A stretch of DNA of 64,000 nucleotides from Octopus vulgaris. Lineage: Eukaryota. The position numbers and the translations under genes were made by a program. The stretch is taken from the NCBI GenBank assembly GCA_951406725.2, contig OX597842.1, positions 13,144,001 to 13,208,000 on the forward strand, written 5' to 3'. The notes beneath the pieces were generated by a model. That model was given only the letters and a program-made list of their open reading frames with translations. It was not told the DNA's origin and did not search any database. Positions 42,845 through 58,232 of the stretch are shown piece after piece. Within the stretch, counting starts at the first letter, position 1, and the number at the start of each line of letters is the position of its first letter.

Positions 42845-43045
42845 CTTTGATAACTTTGGTAGGTTTCGGCCAGCATAGGCCCAGGCCATGCCTAACTCAA
42901 TAGCGCCACCTGGTGAAGTCTGTTAGTCATATATGGGGCCCGAAAGCCTGCTCTAGCAAAGCGTTATTATTGTTGGAAACGTATCCGAGTGTAGGAAGTT
43001 GGTCCGTCTCAGCTTCTGCATCAGTTTGATGGCATCTAAAAATGT

Positions 43046-45565
43046 TTGGGAGAGGGGCCCACCACCGACGTCATATACCTTGATTTCAACAAAGCATTTG
43101 ACGGAGTGGACCACAAAATCCTGCTGAAGAAACTGTCCAGCATTGGAGTTCGTGGAAATCCTGCTGGCTGGGGTTCAGCAGATTGTTGTCTTCGAAGAAG
43201 TGAGTCATTCGCGATCTCACCACCCTCTCAAATACTTTAATGATATGAGAAGTGAATGAAATCGAACGGTAGTTCACTGAAAGACATTTGTTTCCCTTTC
43301 TGAAGACTGGAACGACAGACTAGGAAAAGGAAAGGACCAGCAGGAATGCAGCCTGCATCAAGGGAGTTTCTCCAGAGCTCAGCTAGAAGGAGTGCAATTT
43401 GATGTCGACACATCTTCAGGACAATGGCCGGGAACTTATCGGGACCTACTGCTGAGTTGTGCTTGATCTTATCTATTTCTCTTAGGATATCAGGATATCA
43501 AGATTCCAGGATATAAAGATACCATGATATCAAGATTCCAGGATATCAAGATACCAAGGTATCAAAATACCAGGATATCAAGATTCCAGGATATCAAAAT
43601 ACCATGATATCAAAATACCATGATATCAAGATTCCAGGATATCAAGATACCAGGATATCAAGATTCCAGGATATCAAGATTCCAGGATATCAATATTCCA
43701 GGATATCAAGATTCCAGGATATCAAGATTCCAGGATATCAAGATACCAAGGTATCAAGATACCAGGATATCAAGATTCCAGGATATAAAGATACCATGAT
43801 ATCAAGATTCCAGGATATCAAGATACCAGGATATCAATATTCCAGGATATCAAGATACCATGATATCAAGATACCATGATATCAAGATTCCAGGATATCA
43901 AGATTCCAGGATATCAAGATTCCAGGATATCAAGATACCAGGATATCAATATTCCAGGATATCAAGATTCCAGGATATCAAGATTCCAGGATATCAAGAT
44001 TCCAGGATATCAATATTCCAGGATATCAAGATTCCAGGATATCAAGATACCAAGATATCAAGATACCAGGATATCAAGATACCAGGATATCAAGATTCCA
44101 GGATATCAAGATTCCAGGATATCAAGATTCCAGGATATCAAGATTCCAGGATATCAAGATTCCAGGATATCAAGATACCAAGGTATCAAGATACCAGGAT
44201 ATCAATATTCCAGGATATCAAGATTCCAGGATATCAAGATTCCAGGATATCAAGATTCCAGGATATCAAGATTCCAGGATATCAAGATTCCAGGATATCA
44301 AGATTCCAGGTTATCAATATTCCAGGATATCAATATTCCAGGATATCAATATTCCAGGATATCAAGATACCAAGGTATCAAGATAACAGGATATCAAGAT
44401 TCCAGGATATCAAGATACCAAGGTATCAAGATACCAGGATATCAAGAATCCAGGATATCAAGGTTCCAGGATATCAAGATTCCAGGATATCAAGATACCA
44501 AGGTATCAAGATACCAGGATATCAAGATTCCAGGTTATCAATATTCCAGGATATCAATATTCCAGGATATCAAGATTCCAGGATATCAAGATACCAAGGT
44601 ATCAAGATACCAGGATATCAAGATTCCAGGATATCAAGATACCAAGGTATCAAGATACCAGGATATCAAGATTCCAGGATATCAAGGTTCCAGGATATCA
44701 AGATTCCAGGATATCAAGATACCAAGGTATCAAGATACCAGGATATCAAGATACCAGGATATCAAGATTCCAGGATATCAAGATTCCAGGATATCAAGAT
44801 ACCAGGGTATCAATATTCCAGGTTATCAAGATTCCAGGATATCAAGATTCCAGGATATCAAGATACCAAGGTATCAAGATACCAGGATATCAAGATTCCA
44901 GGATATCAAGATTCCAGGATATCAAGATTCCAGGATATCAAGTTTCCAGGATATCAAGATACCAAGGTATCAAGATACCAAGGTATCAAGATACCAGGAT
45001 ATCAAGATTCCAGGTAATCAATATTCCAGGATATCAATATTCCAGGATATCAAGATTCCAGGATATCAAGATACCAAGGTATCAAGATACGAGGATATCA
45101 AGATTTCAGGATATCAAGATACCAAGGTATCAAGATACCAGGATATCAAGATTCCAGGATATCAAGGTTCCAGGATATCAAGATTCCAGGATATCAAGAT
45201 ACCAAGGTATCAAGATACCAGGGTATCAATATTCCAGGGTATCAAGATTCCAGGATATCAAGATTCCAGGATATCAAGATTCCAGTATATCAAGATTCCA
45301 GGATATCAAGATACCAGGGTATCAAGATTCCAGGTTATCAAGATTCCAGGATATCAAGATTCCAGGATATCAAGATACCAAGGTATCAAGATACCAGGAT
45401 ATCAAGATTCCAGGATATCAAGATACCAGGGTATCAAGATTCCAGGATATCAAGATACCAGGATATCAAGATATTGTTAGTTGAGGGTTTACACCACTGA
45501 TACTAGCCAGATCGACCACATCAGGGTTACTGAAGACAGAGCAGTATTGTCTCCGCAGTACGCAC
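43046..45565. mobile_element. Rearranged CR1-like RT fragments interrupted by a satellite
   Basis: + strand DVIYLDFNKAFDGVDH; - strand NYRSISFTSHIIKVFER..LLNPSQ and DILREIDKIKHNSAVGPDKFP; resumes at 45475-45565 (RQYCSVFS). Confidence 0.75.
43485..45474. repeat. 16-bp tandem satellite (CCAGGATATCAAGAT[T/A])n, about 124 copies
   Basis: Directly visible; explains ORFs 43860..45017 and 43876..45480. Confidence 0.97.
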
Positions 45566-45589
45566 CCGTTATAATATAAATTTAATAAT

Positions 45590-45952
45590 AATAAGTAGGA
45601 AAATTTATTTCAATACATTATCAAGGTAATCCAAATTGGTGAAACTCTAACTTCACGCTTGAAAAAATTTTAGCCATTTAAAAAACGATGATAAAATGAA
45701 ACGCCAAAGGAAATTTGACTTAAAACATTCATTCAACCAAAGGCAACGTCATTGAATGACTAGTTTTTGGAAATAAAATGTAGAAAGATACAATACTAAT
45801 TCCGTATTTTTGGAAAATTTGAAATCTATAAAAGAAACAAAATGTAAAGTAGGAAGTGAGTATTTTCATCTACGAAAGTTAATGACGTCACTGCACTAAA
45901 TTTGGATTACCTTGGTAAAGTTGAGTTGACATAAATATTCCTGCACATTATC
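45590..45952. mobile_element. Degenerate MITE-like element
   Basis: Imperfect inverted ends, with core CAAGGTAATCCAAATT / AATTTGGATTACCTTG. Confidence 0.45.
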
Positions 45953-45973
45953 AATTTTAATAATAATATGTAT

Positions 45974-46099
<126 letters not shown>

Positions 46100-46348
46100 C
46101 TATTACTAAGTAATTAAGGGTTTAGCAACGATTTGCCTCACCACACACCGAATTTAGAAATAGCAGTCAAAGAGTTATGGCTATTCTTTCTACTTAAAAG
46201 GGAGATCCCAGTAAAACCACAGCACTTAAAAGGCAAACAACGCAGTCAAAAGGGAAAGAAATGACGACAATCATTCTATATTAAGTCACCTATATACTAT
46301 TATATGTATACGATTAGCCAAATATTTTTACATAAATAATTACGCTAA

Positions 46349-46426
<78 letters not shown>

Positions 46427-46427
46427 C

Positions 46428-46514
46428 GGCTGTCAAGCGATGTTGGGGGGACAAACACAAACGCACAAACATATACACACACATACATACACGCACACAC
46501 AAACACCACCCCCC

Positions 46515-46546
<32 letters not shown>

Positions 46547-46728
46547 ATATATATATATATATATACGACAGGCTTCTTTCAGTTTCCGTCTACCAAATCC
46601 ACTCACAAAGCTTTGGTCGGCCCGAGGCTATAGTAGAAGACACTTGCCCAAGGTGCCACGCAGTGGGACTGAACCCGCAACCATGTGGTTGGTAAGCTAG
46701 CTACGTACCACACAGCCACTCCTGCACC
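46428..46728 (-). mobile_element. Major-family SINE, partial; further partial copies at 41902-42155 (+) and 52514-52893 (-)
   Basis: Sequence match. Confidence 0.8.
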
Positions 46729-46986
46729 TATACCGTATATATTAACAAAACGTATTTCTCTACAATAAGTCATAAAGTTGAATAAACAATGCTATTCTGA
46801 AATCAAAAGAATTGGTGGGAAATTCTATTGACTGAGTCTAGATATGTTTTCTTCCTGACATATATATTTTATGACCTTGTACAGGAATCTTTACAAGAAA
46901 TCTCTTAAACCTTCGTCTAACATCGGCAACACAATGAAATTTGAGAGTAGTTCAAGGCAAAATCATGTCGGTGGGGAAAATGTAAA

Positions 46987-47021
<35 letters not shown>

Positions 47022-47058
47022 AACCTACCTACCTATCTGTCTATCTACCTATCTGTCT

Positions 47059-49268
47059 GGCGCTTGTCATCGAGAAACTCGTCGACAAGGCGCAAACTTG
47101 CGCCGTGCCGGGCCGAACCATCCATGACAACCTCCACCTGATGCGCTACATCATAGACAGGGTAGTTAACGAACCTGGCATGGGTGGGGCGTTGATCAAT
47201 TTGGATCAATCGAAAGCTTTCGATAGGGTAAACCATCGATACTTGGAGGCAGTCTTCAGAGCGGCTGGCTTCGGTCCCGTCTTCCACGGCTGGACAGCCG
47301 CTTTGTACAGAGGCATCCGTTCGGTAATTTGCGTAAATGGACATCTATCGAGATCTTTCGACATCGCACGTTCGGTCTGTCAGGGATGCCCCCTCTCGTC
47401 GCTTCTATACGTATTGACTCACGAACCACTATTGCGGAAGCTGGACACTCTGAGGGGCATCCCGCGAGAACTGGGATGCGGGACGAGCGTGTCTGCATAC
47501 GCGGACGACGTCACCGTCATAGTGTTTAACCACGAGCACATCGAGCAGGTCGGCGAGACACTGAAAAACTACGAAGCGGCGACAGGAGCGAAAATCAACC
47601 GGGAAAAGTCAGTGGGCTTGCGACTAGGCACCTGGAGAAGCAAGCCCATGCCGTCCACCAGCGCTTCCGTTGTGGGACGCTGAACCGACGGTCCGGTCGA
47701 GTTGCTCGGGGTCTGGTTCGGTCCGGACCTGCAAATGGAGAAGAACTGGAACGAGATAACGAGTAGGGTGGTCACTCTCGCACGGCAATGGGCCGAGAGG
47801 AAACTGTCCCTAAATGGTCGGGCGGAGGTGGCGATCACGTACATCGCGTCCGTCATCTACTACCGCCTGACCGTCGTGCCTTGTCTCGACCCTACCATCA
47901 CCAAACTAGAACGCATTCTCTTTCGCTTCTTGTGGAAAGGATGCGTCCCGATGGTCAGGCGATCCATTTGCCGTCAACACCCGTTAAAAGGAGGACTGGG
48001 CATGCCGTGGTTGATGATGCGCAGACACGCGCTGAGACTGCGACTTCTCAGGATTTTCGTAGACGACGGTGAACAGGTGTGGTCGCCGTTTGTGAGGCAC
48101 GCTTTCCCGCAGCTCGTCTCCATGACCGAACTGCAATCGTGGATCGAAAAGAGGCAGAGGAAGGGCGAATGGCACCGCGAGTGTCGCGTTGCTCTCAAGC
48201 AACTCTGCCGTCCTGTGTCAAACTTGAGTGACTCCATCACAACCAAGGCATTCTATAGGGGATTAGTGGAGGTACGACGACGAGGTCGGGGCGAACCTGG
48301 ACGTCGACGAGGAATACCTGACCCGGATGTTCGGGACGATTTCCAGACACCCCTGGCCTGGCAGTGCTACCGAGAAGCGCTACCCGTTCGGGATAAGCTC
48401 TACAGACACGGCTCGAGAAACACGGGGCCGACCTGCCCGAAATGCGGTCAGAGCGACGAAACCGTTCTGCACGCACTCGTGCAGTGTCCAACAATCTCCG
48501 ACCTGTGGGCTTATGTCGAACGGCTGCTGTCACGTGTGGGACGTGTCGGTTTATCAGCCGAGTCTATCGTCAATATTGTCACGCCTCCTGCCTTCAAACG
48601 GGAAGGAAGAGCTATTTTCATCATCCTTGTGACTATGGCGAAAGAATGTATCTGGTGGACGCGTCTGAAAGGATTGGAGACAAACACTTTCCTCTCTGGT
48701 CAACCTCTCATCAACTTCTTCAAGTATCACTTGAAAAGGAAAGTGAGAGTAGAGAGGCAAGTTTTGTCTAGCGAACGTTTAAAAAAAAAAGATTGGTGAA
48801 TGTAGCAAGGATGGCACGTATGAATGACGAAGCCTCTTTGAGCATAATCCTATGAACCCAGAAATTGAAAACAGAGGGTTACCCACTTGCAAACAAATGT
48901 GGTAACATATAACAATATTGACCAAGGTTACCATGGTCTTTTTCGTAGGCTTTTCTTCCCACGGATAAACCTTACTTGCTTTCCCCTTTACACCATACAT
49001 CATGACACTGTGATACACGATCCCTATTGATCATTTTCCTTTCCTCTTCCCCTTTTTCTCCTCTTTTTTCTTCTTTTTTCATTTTTCTTTTCCTTTGTTC
49101 TTTTACCCTTTTTTCTTTTTTTCTTTTCCTTTTTTTGTTCTTTTTTCCTTTTTACGATCCCTTTTTTATTCTTTTGTTTTTGTTGTTTTTTTTCATCCCC
49201 CAAAAGAAAAGCTCTACCTTGTAACTTGTCCCATCTGTGTGCAGCCCTGTGTGGCCAGTAAAGAAACT
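47059..49268 (+). mobile_element. 5'-truncated Tx1/L1-clade LINE (RT plus C-terminal zinc knuckle), disrupted
   Basis: LDQSKAFDRV, QGCPLS, AYADDVT, CPKCG..ETVLHALVQC; in-frame stop at 47681-47683; 17-bp TSD TATCTACCTATCTGTCT at 47042-47058 and 49269-49285. Confidence 0.9.
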
Positions 49269-49304
49269 TATCTACCTATCTGTCTACCAACCTATCTATC
49301 TATG

Positions 49305-49369
<65 letters not shown>

Positions 49370-49397
49370 GTCTATCTATCTATGTATCTATTTATTA

Positions 49398-49453
<56 letters not shown>

Positions 49454-49469
49454 GTTATCTTTTTTTCTT

Positions 49470-49848
49470 CTTCTTTCAAATTTGCTTCCATTTCTTGCCG
49501 AGTGTCTTCCCGACTCCTAGGGCAAATAAACTCATAGTATACATTGATAGGCCATTAAACTAAACTCACTCGTTCGTTCATTATATTTTTTTTAAAGTTA
49601 AATTAAAATACTGGGTAGCAATAGTTCTCACATCGACAATACTCTTCTCAATACGTGTGATGTACAAGTTAAGACAGGCAATCTTTTGCACTTCTTGCAG
49701 GGATGGTAAGCCAGGGATCATTCTCATATAATTTTCGGTTCCCTTCTTGATCATTCCTAGTGCTCCTACGATCACTGGTATCGTAACCGCCTTGAGATGC
49801 CACATTTTCTGAATTTCAATGAGCAGGTCTTTATATTTTCTAAGATTT
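49470..49848 (-). mobile_element. R4/Dong-like (restriction-like endonuclease) LINE 3' fragment in a (TAA)n tract
   Basis: KYKDLLIEIQKMWHLKAVTIPVIVGALGMIKK..QKIA. Confidence 0.7.
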
Positions 49849-49977
<129 letters not shown>

Positions 49978-50004
49978 ATTATTATTATTATTATTATCAT
50001 CATT

Positions 50005-50360
50005 ACTATTCAGTAGTTTTATTTTTATAGCGTGCTTTCACTTCACTACCGAGCGCAGCTCTGTGTGCCTTGGGTATGTGTTGTGATTTGTTGTGGTGCT
50101 CTGATGGTTACTGTATTGAAAGTGTTCTGTGTAGGATGTGTGCAGTGCCTAGTAGTGCAATTTTCTGTATGTTATATGTGTTTGTAAGTCCTGGTGTTTT
50201 TGTTATGTATTTGTCTGAATATTTTTTCATCATGCCTAATGCACCTACTATGATAGGAATTGTTTCTGTTTCCACATTCTGGTTATCTCTATTTCCAGGT
50301 CTTTGTATTTTGAAAGTTTCTCCATTTCTTTTAGAGACACGTTGTCATCTGCCGGTATTG
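50005..50360 (-). mobile_element. Second R4/Dong-like 3' fragment
   Basis: The - strand encodes KLSKYKDLEIE..IPIIVGALGMMKK..IQKIALLGTAHILHRTL; (TAA)n flanks. Confidence 0.65.
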
Positions 50361-50361
50361 A

Positions 50362-50426
<65 letters not shown>

Positions 50427-51012
50427 GAGTGAGAGAGCAGTGCATGCCATCAAATTGACACAGGGATAAAATATACGAAGCCCAGTAAACCCATCATGAC
50501 TACTCGTCCACAACCATATGTGCGCGATATGGTGATCTCATATCAAGATAAACAGCGCATGACCTTGCAGGTGGGGCCCTGTTAGAATTTTCTTCTGGTC
50601 GAGTAACCCATCCCGCTCAAAAGGTCCCTGAATAATGGTTGTTTAAGGAGGTTGAACGAAACACCTATGTTTCCAGAGGTGAATTATTCAAACCCCAAAT
50701 AATCCCTCTCAACACATGGCTATGATGCTCCCCACTACTTTTGCTCGTGATCAGAGATGCACATATTGTCAGCCACTAAAGGACATGGTCAACTGGTTAA
50801 GGTCAAACAACTGACAAGCAAATCTGTGGTATTGAGCAGAATATTTGCTGTAGCCTATCTTTATTACCAAGTCCAAACAATGTACATGATAACACTTCCA
50901 ATCAGTTAAAATTAGAAGCCATGAGAGCCACTGCCGGGTATTGAATCAGGGCATTTATTATTGCTATTATTATTATTACTATTACTATTATTCTTACTAC
51001 TACTACTAGTAG

Positions 51013-51198
<186 letters not shown>

Positions 51199-51455
51199 CA
51201 ATAGTTTAGATGTGCTAGCTGATTTGAGATGGGTGATATAGGATTTATTATCAACATAAATAGAATAATATACTTTTATACTCTAAAATCTGAATATGTG
51301 ACAAAACATCTTTTTATAATTTGAGGCAAATCGAGGGTGAACTTAACAGCAAACTAGTGTTCAATTCTTTCAGTTGCGGTTCACCATGAAAATAATTTAA
51401 TTTTCCTTTTAGTACGTTTCACGAAAGTAAATTCAATTCTTTACTGACAAATGTA

Positions 51456-51951
51456 CAGTGATCCCTCGCTACTTCGCAGTTCAACTATCGCGGATTCACG
51501 ACTTCGCGGATTTAAAAAATATATATATATGAACACCTTAAAGTTTTCATTAAATCCATCAAAATATTAATATTGAATATTATTTCCTAGTCTAGGAACA
51601 ACAAAATAAGTGTAAAATAGCAAAAAAGTATATACAGGGGTATTTGAAATTAAGACGGGCTGTGATTGGTGCAAAGGAGAGACGACGAATCACAGCTTTC
51701 TATTTTGTAATCAGCCCTGTGTAACAGTAACAATCTTTATTTTTTTAAAATCTAAAGTGTTATTGCTTAGCAGTTGTCCTTGTTATAAACAGACTACTGT
51801 AATGGATGGGTTTTTAACAGTATAGGGAGAATTTTAAAAGTCCAGATTCACATTAAATAAATACTGTAAATATGGTGTCCCTACTCCGCGAAAATTCAGT
51901 TATCGCGGCCGGTCTCGGAACCAATCTACCGCGATAAACGAGGAATCACTG
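51456..51951. mobile_element. Tc1/mariner (pogo/Tigger-type) MITE
   Basis: TIRs CAGTGATCCCTCG / CGAGGAATCACTG with TA target duplication on both sides. Confidence 0.85.
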
Positions 51952-52247
51952 TACATAGTATGAACATGAATAACAGCGACATACATGCTGTTAGTGTTAG
52001 AGATAAATGCTGACTGAAAAAGGATGAACTAAGTTTCATTTTCCGTATGTGAAATGTATGATTTTGGAAAAAAATTGTTCTCAACGAATTTGAGAAAGCA
52101 ATTAGAGATCAAAGAAGCTGATTTGGTAAATAACTCTATAATTAACAAATAGTAACGAATTTAATATTTATGGAAGTCCCAATTTAAACGTCAGTGTATT
52201 TTCCCAATACCTTTTCATCGCAACTCCAGGAATGTTCCTATGGTGTT

Positions 52248-52365
<118 letters not shown>

Positions 52366-52436
52366 TTATATATATATATATATATATATTATATACATAT
52401 ATATTATATATATATTTATTATATATACATATATAT

Positions 52437-52492
<56 letters not shown>

Positions 52493-52892
52493 GTTTAAAT
52501 ATATATATATACTGTTTTACTTGTTTCAGTCATTTGATTGCGGCTATGCTGGAGCACCGCCTTTAGTCGAGCAAGTCGACCCCGGGGCTTATTCTTTGTA
52601 AGCCTAGTACTTATTGTATTGGTTTCTTTTGCCGAACCGCTAAGATACGTGTGCGTAAACACACCAGCATCGGTTGTCAAGCGATGTTGGTGGGATAAAC
52701 ACAGACTCACAAACACACACATATATATTTATATATGCATATTTACGACGGTCTTCTTTCAGTTTCCGTCTACCAAATCCACTCACAAGGAGGCTATAGT
52801 AGAAGACACTTGCCCAAGATGCCACGCAGTGGGAATGAACCCAGAACCATGTGGTTGGTAAGCAAGCTACTTACCACATAGACACTCCTGCA

Positions 52893-52961
<69 letters not shown>

Positions 52962-53144
52962 AAATTAGATATAAAACCTCTGTTAGGCAAATCAAACAGT
53001 GAAAATCATAAGCCAATACATAGAAATAAAATTTTTAAAGAATATCTAAAAAATATAAAATATAAAATATAAAATTCCAAATTAAAATTTTTAAATAAAG
53101 TTAAAATTTAAAATATTATTTAAATAATTTAAACTTATAAATTT

Positions 53145-53184
<40 letters not shown>

Positions 53185-53324
53185 ATTATTTTTATTTTAT
53201 TTATTTAAATATATTAAATAAATAAATAAATAAATAAAATAATAATAATAAATAAATAAATATATATATATACATATGTTAATTTATGAACATATAACAG
53301 TTTGATCTCTCCAATTTGCTCTTA

Positions 53325-53368
<44 letters not shown>

Positions 53369-55025
53369 ATATAAGAGCAAATTGGAGAGATCAAACTGGT
53401 ATATGTTCATAAATTAACATATGCCAATTTGAACCCACCCTTTTCCTTTTATCGCTGTCTATTGTGAATACTTATTGATTTATATTGAAGAAATGTCTCT
53501 GCTAAATATTACATATTGGGCATTGTACAGTTAACCATTGCAAATTTGATGTTTCACATCACTACAAGAGGAGCATATTTCCTTGTTTTGGAACTTTTAC
53601 ATATATATATATATAATATATATCTTCCCACCTCTGGATCTTTCCATCTCCTATGTTTCCGACGAGGAGCTCCGCTCGAAACGTTAATCCCTCCTTCTTT
53701 CCTTCTTTCCTGAGCGTCCAATAATACTATATTTGTTCCACGTCCTCGCGTTGTTGTGTTTTTTTGTGCTTTCTTGTTTGGATTAACTATATATATATAT
53801 ATATATATATAGTTAATCCAAACAAGAAAGCACAAAAAAAAACATAGTATTACTGGACGCTCAAGAAAGAAGGAAAAAGGAGGGTTTAACGTTTCGAGCT
53901 GAGCTCTTCGTTGCAAACATAGAAGGAAAGATCCAGAGAAGGAAAGACAGACGAAAAAAAATCACCAACCATCATAGGTTATACAAATATACATATCCTG
54001 AATGTTATAGACATTCTTTCATGTATGTATTTTTATTCTGTTCTGATGTTAATGTATGTATCCCATCATAGTGATGACTGCGTTGTTGATAAAATCTTTA
54101 TTTTTATATAATTATACTTTCGTTCATTACTTTCCGTGTCATGCGCCAGGAACTTCATTTGAAAGGAGAAACATTTTACTGACGATAATGTTTTCTCATT
54201 TTATTAAATAAACAGTATTATTTTACGGAGATGTACTTGCATAGCAAGTGATATGATCTGAGATCGTGTGCTTGAACGAAAACAATTGCAGCGTGGAAGG
54301 TGTTTGTAAGCCATTTAAGAAACACACAAAAGCCGTTCGATTCACTTCAACATTTAAGTTTAAGTTGTCAAAATATTTTCGTCGCTAAAATCCGCGACCT
54401 CTCCACTGACAAAACTCCGTACTGCATCTCAGTATTATTTTATTTAAATGCAAACCAAATCCAAAAACGAAGTATTCTTTTATTTAAATGAAATACTTAG
54501 CCCAGAAAATATACTTTTCCTTACGAGTGCAATAAGATATCGTAAAAACGGTGCGAAGTGAAAAGATGTACAAACAAATGAAACTATAACCCAGGAAAAC
54601 TGAATAAGTTGTTTTCATTAATTATGTTCCGATGTGTATTTTAATTTAAGCAACAGTTATTAATGAAAATAATATATATTGGCTCTTTTCAATTACTGGG
54701 CTTCTTCTCCTAAAACGGAAAATATTTTTGGAAGGAACAGTATGAATTGAGAAAATTGTTTATATGTAACTATGTTTAGTAGAGAAACCTACGGAATTTC
54801 CGCTGGTTTCTACTATTTTATATAATTTTTGTCATTACTTTTACCTGGTCCTTTCATGATCTGACGGTTTTGAGGAATGTTAATTTGAAAGTTTTCATCT
54901 ACCATTAATGTTTTAATTCTTATAATCCAAGGTAGATGATATATTTGGTGGATTATCGTCGTTATTATTCTCATCAATGTTTCTTTTTTCTGTCAATTTA
55001 CAGACTTTTGTTTTTATATTTCCAT

Positions 55026-55064
55026 TTATGTGTTCGTTTCTGCTGTTCTGGAATTTTCTGAAGT
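55026..55064 (-). CDS. aGPCR-B terminal coding exon
   Basis: Match to 36721-36759. Confidence 0.75.
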   Translation of the reverse strand, partial: TSENSRTAETNT

Positions 55065-56002
55065 CTGGAAAACAATAAGAAAATTTATGTTATTTTTTAA
55101 AGTAAAATCTCCCTGGCCCTTATATCTTATAAATAATCCTATAATCCCATCTGTCATCTACTGTTTTCCATACATTAAAGATATGAATTACCAAAGAATC
55201 ATGGATGACCAACGCAATTTATATTGAAAACATTAATTACAGAAACTAATGCCGAGAATTTCATTATCAGGATTATGTCGTAAAATATTGGCAATATTGG
55301 TTCAGGAAAATATTCCAGAACAACTAGACAAGTTGAGAGGGAAAATATGAGAGAATTCTTAGTTCTGTTCTGTGGATGTATGTTTTACGTAGATCTATCC
55401 GTGGCAGAGTGTAGACATGGTCCTACCTATGGCAGTATTTAAATTTTATATAGATTTATCTATAGTAATATGTATTTTTCGCTATGCCTATCTTTGGCAA
55501 TATGTATATTCTACATGGACGTATCCATGGCAACATGTACATTTCACAAAGATCTATCAATCCATAACTTGCTTCGCTCTGTCTGTCTGTCTCTTTCTCT
55601 CGCTCCCTCTCTTCTGTCTGTCTTTCTGTCACCATCTGTGGCACTCCATCGGTTACGACAACGAACGTTCCAGTTGATTTGATCAACGGAACAGTCTACT
55701 CGGGAAATTAGCGCTCACGTGGGTGTGTAATCCACAGGCATACGTAACCCGAATGTATTTGTCAGGGAATTTCAGTGTGACACAGAATGTAACATGGTTA
55801 GTCCCTAAGAAATGCAGGTACAACACACTTTTGCCCAGCAACATGAAATAAAGTGTCTTGCTCAAGATCAAAACGCGTCGCTGGGAATTGAACCCACAAC
55901 CTTTAGATCGTAGCCGAATGTCCTAACTGCTAAGCCATGCGCCAACCTCTGTCACTTTAGGTATGTATATAGAAATGAACATATATATATATATATATAT
56001 AG

Positions 56003-56056
<54 letters not shown>

Positions 56057-56522
56057 TCAAAATAAGCAACAAGAATGACTCCGGTAATTTGGTACAATTG
56101 TTTCGCACTACATCATTTTATTAAATGTTGTAAGTATTACAACAGATTTAAGATGCTGAGTACTCATCAGCCAATTATAGAGGTTTTCCTTTAATACAAA
56201 AGTTTTGAAATTAAGTGGCAAATTATAGAGAAGGTAGATATACAGACATTATAGAGAAGGTAGATTTAAATTTTAAGAACATATAAGGTAGTGAAGTCCT
56301 TCCACTGACTGACCAAGATATGGCTCTTCCTAACTGCTATAAGGTTAGAAGTAATAAAGATTTTTTAATTGTAGAAATGGAGTAAAGGAGGTTTCAGAAT
56401 ACCATAAAATGAATTCATGTTGAAGACAGCAATTGCCACTAACAAATGCCAATTACTACTATTTGATGAGAGAAACTAGGTCAGTGTCAAGTGGTCATTA
56501 ATCCCAAATATATCTATCTATC

Positions 56523-56580
<58 letters not shown>

Positions 56581-57681
56581 CCAAATATATATATATATAT
56601 ATATATAAATACATATATATATATATATATAGGTATATAAAATACATATATATATATATATATATAGATATATGTATATGTTTGTGTATACATACATACA
56701 GATGATGACGATAGTGATGATGATGATGACATCTGTAGAGTTGGTATTTATTACGATGTCTATCCTGTCCTGAAAACGATGGTATAGTCAATGGTTGTGT
56801 TGGTAGAAGTGGTGTTTGTTATTAGACCCATAATGACCGATTGGCCCTGGTTGTGGTGGTGGTGGTGGTATGATAAAAATGACGAGATTTCACTTACTTG
56901 TATTGGTTCTACACATTTTCTGGCGTTTTCTTTCTTTTCTTTACGTAAACACGGACAAATGACATCTCTGGCATCTTTCTTGCATATACAGTAGAATATG
57001 AAAATAAACATTCCTTGAAGGGTATTGAAGATAGCGAAGAGTAATTGAAACACTTGAGCTGCTTCGCCAAAAGCGAGGAATGCTAAGACCCAGGACAACC
57101 CAAACAGGGAAATCAAACCAACGATACCCAAAATACGTGGTTTTCTTGTTTCGTGTTGGAAGTGTTTGTCCCTTTGCATTGAGATGAGTCGTAAGATGAC
57201 GAGGAAGAACATGGTAAGGTTGAAGAGGAGGATGATAGCCACGGGAGCCAGGAAAGCGGCATAGAAAGGTCCCTTGGTTAACCAACAGCTAGAAAGAGAT
57301 AGAAAAGGGAATTAAGAAAGGGAATTGAATCAAATGTTTTGTACATTCACAAAAGGCATACTTATCGAATGTTTCAGTATGAAGACACTGGAAGACATCA
57401 CTATCCTTCAGAACAGACACACACGCACACACACGCACACACGCACATGCACACACACACACACACACGCACACACACACACGCACACACACGCACATAC
57501 ACACACATACACACATACACACGCACACACATACACACAAGCACACACATACACGCGCACACACACACGCATACACACACACACACGCACACGCACACAC
57601 GCACACACACACGCACACGCTCACACACATACACACACGACGCACACACACACACGCACGTACACACACACACACACACAT

Positions 57682-57724
<43 letters not shown>

Positions 57725-57825
57725 CACACAAGCACACACACACACACACACGCACACACACATTCACACACACGCACACACACACACGCACACACACACG
57801 CACACACACACTCACACACACACAG

Positions 57826-57862
<37 letters not shown>

Positions 57863-58199
57863 TATATATTTGTAAATGTATATACGTATATACGTATGCA
57901 TGTTTGTATGTGCGCACGTGTATATATATATATATATATATATATCAATTAGTTTTGCAAGAGTCCTGATGTGAAATCGTGTGTTGAAACAAATATTGTT
58001 GTACTCCGGGATGGTCATTTTATTTATTATTTTATTTATTTTCTTCTTTTGGCAAATACACACACTTTTTTTTCTTCACTCGTTTATAACTTTTAATTCA
58101 ATCATTTTCACACCTGTCCATTGTCCGGAAAAATAATAAATAAAATGACCATACATACATACATACATACATACATACATACATACATACATACATACA

Positions 58200-58232
<33 letters not shown>

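Noticed and set aside
43604-45480. 385 and 534 aa repetitive ORFs
   Set aside because: Translations of the 16-bp satellite.
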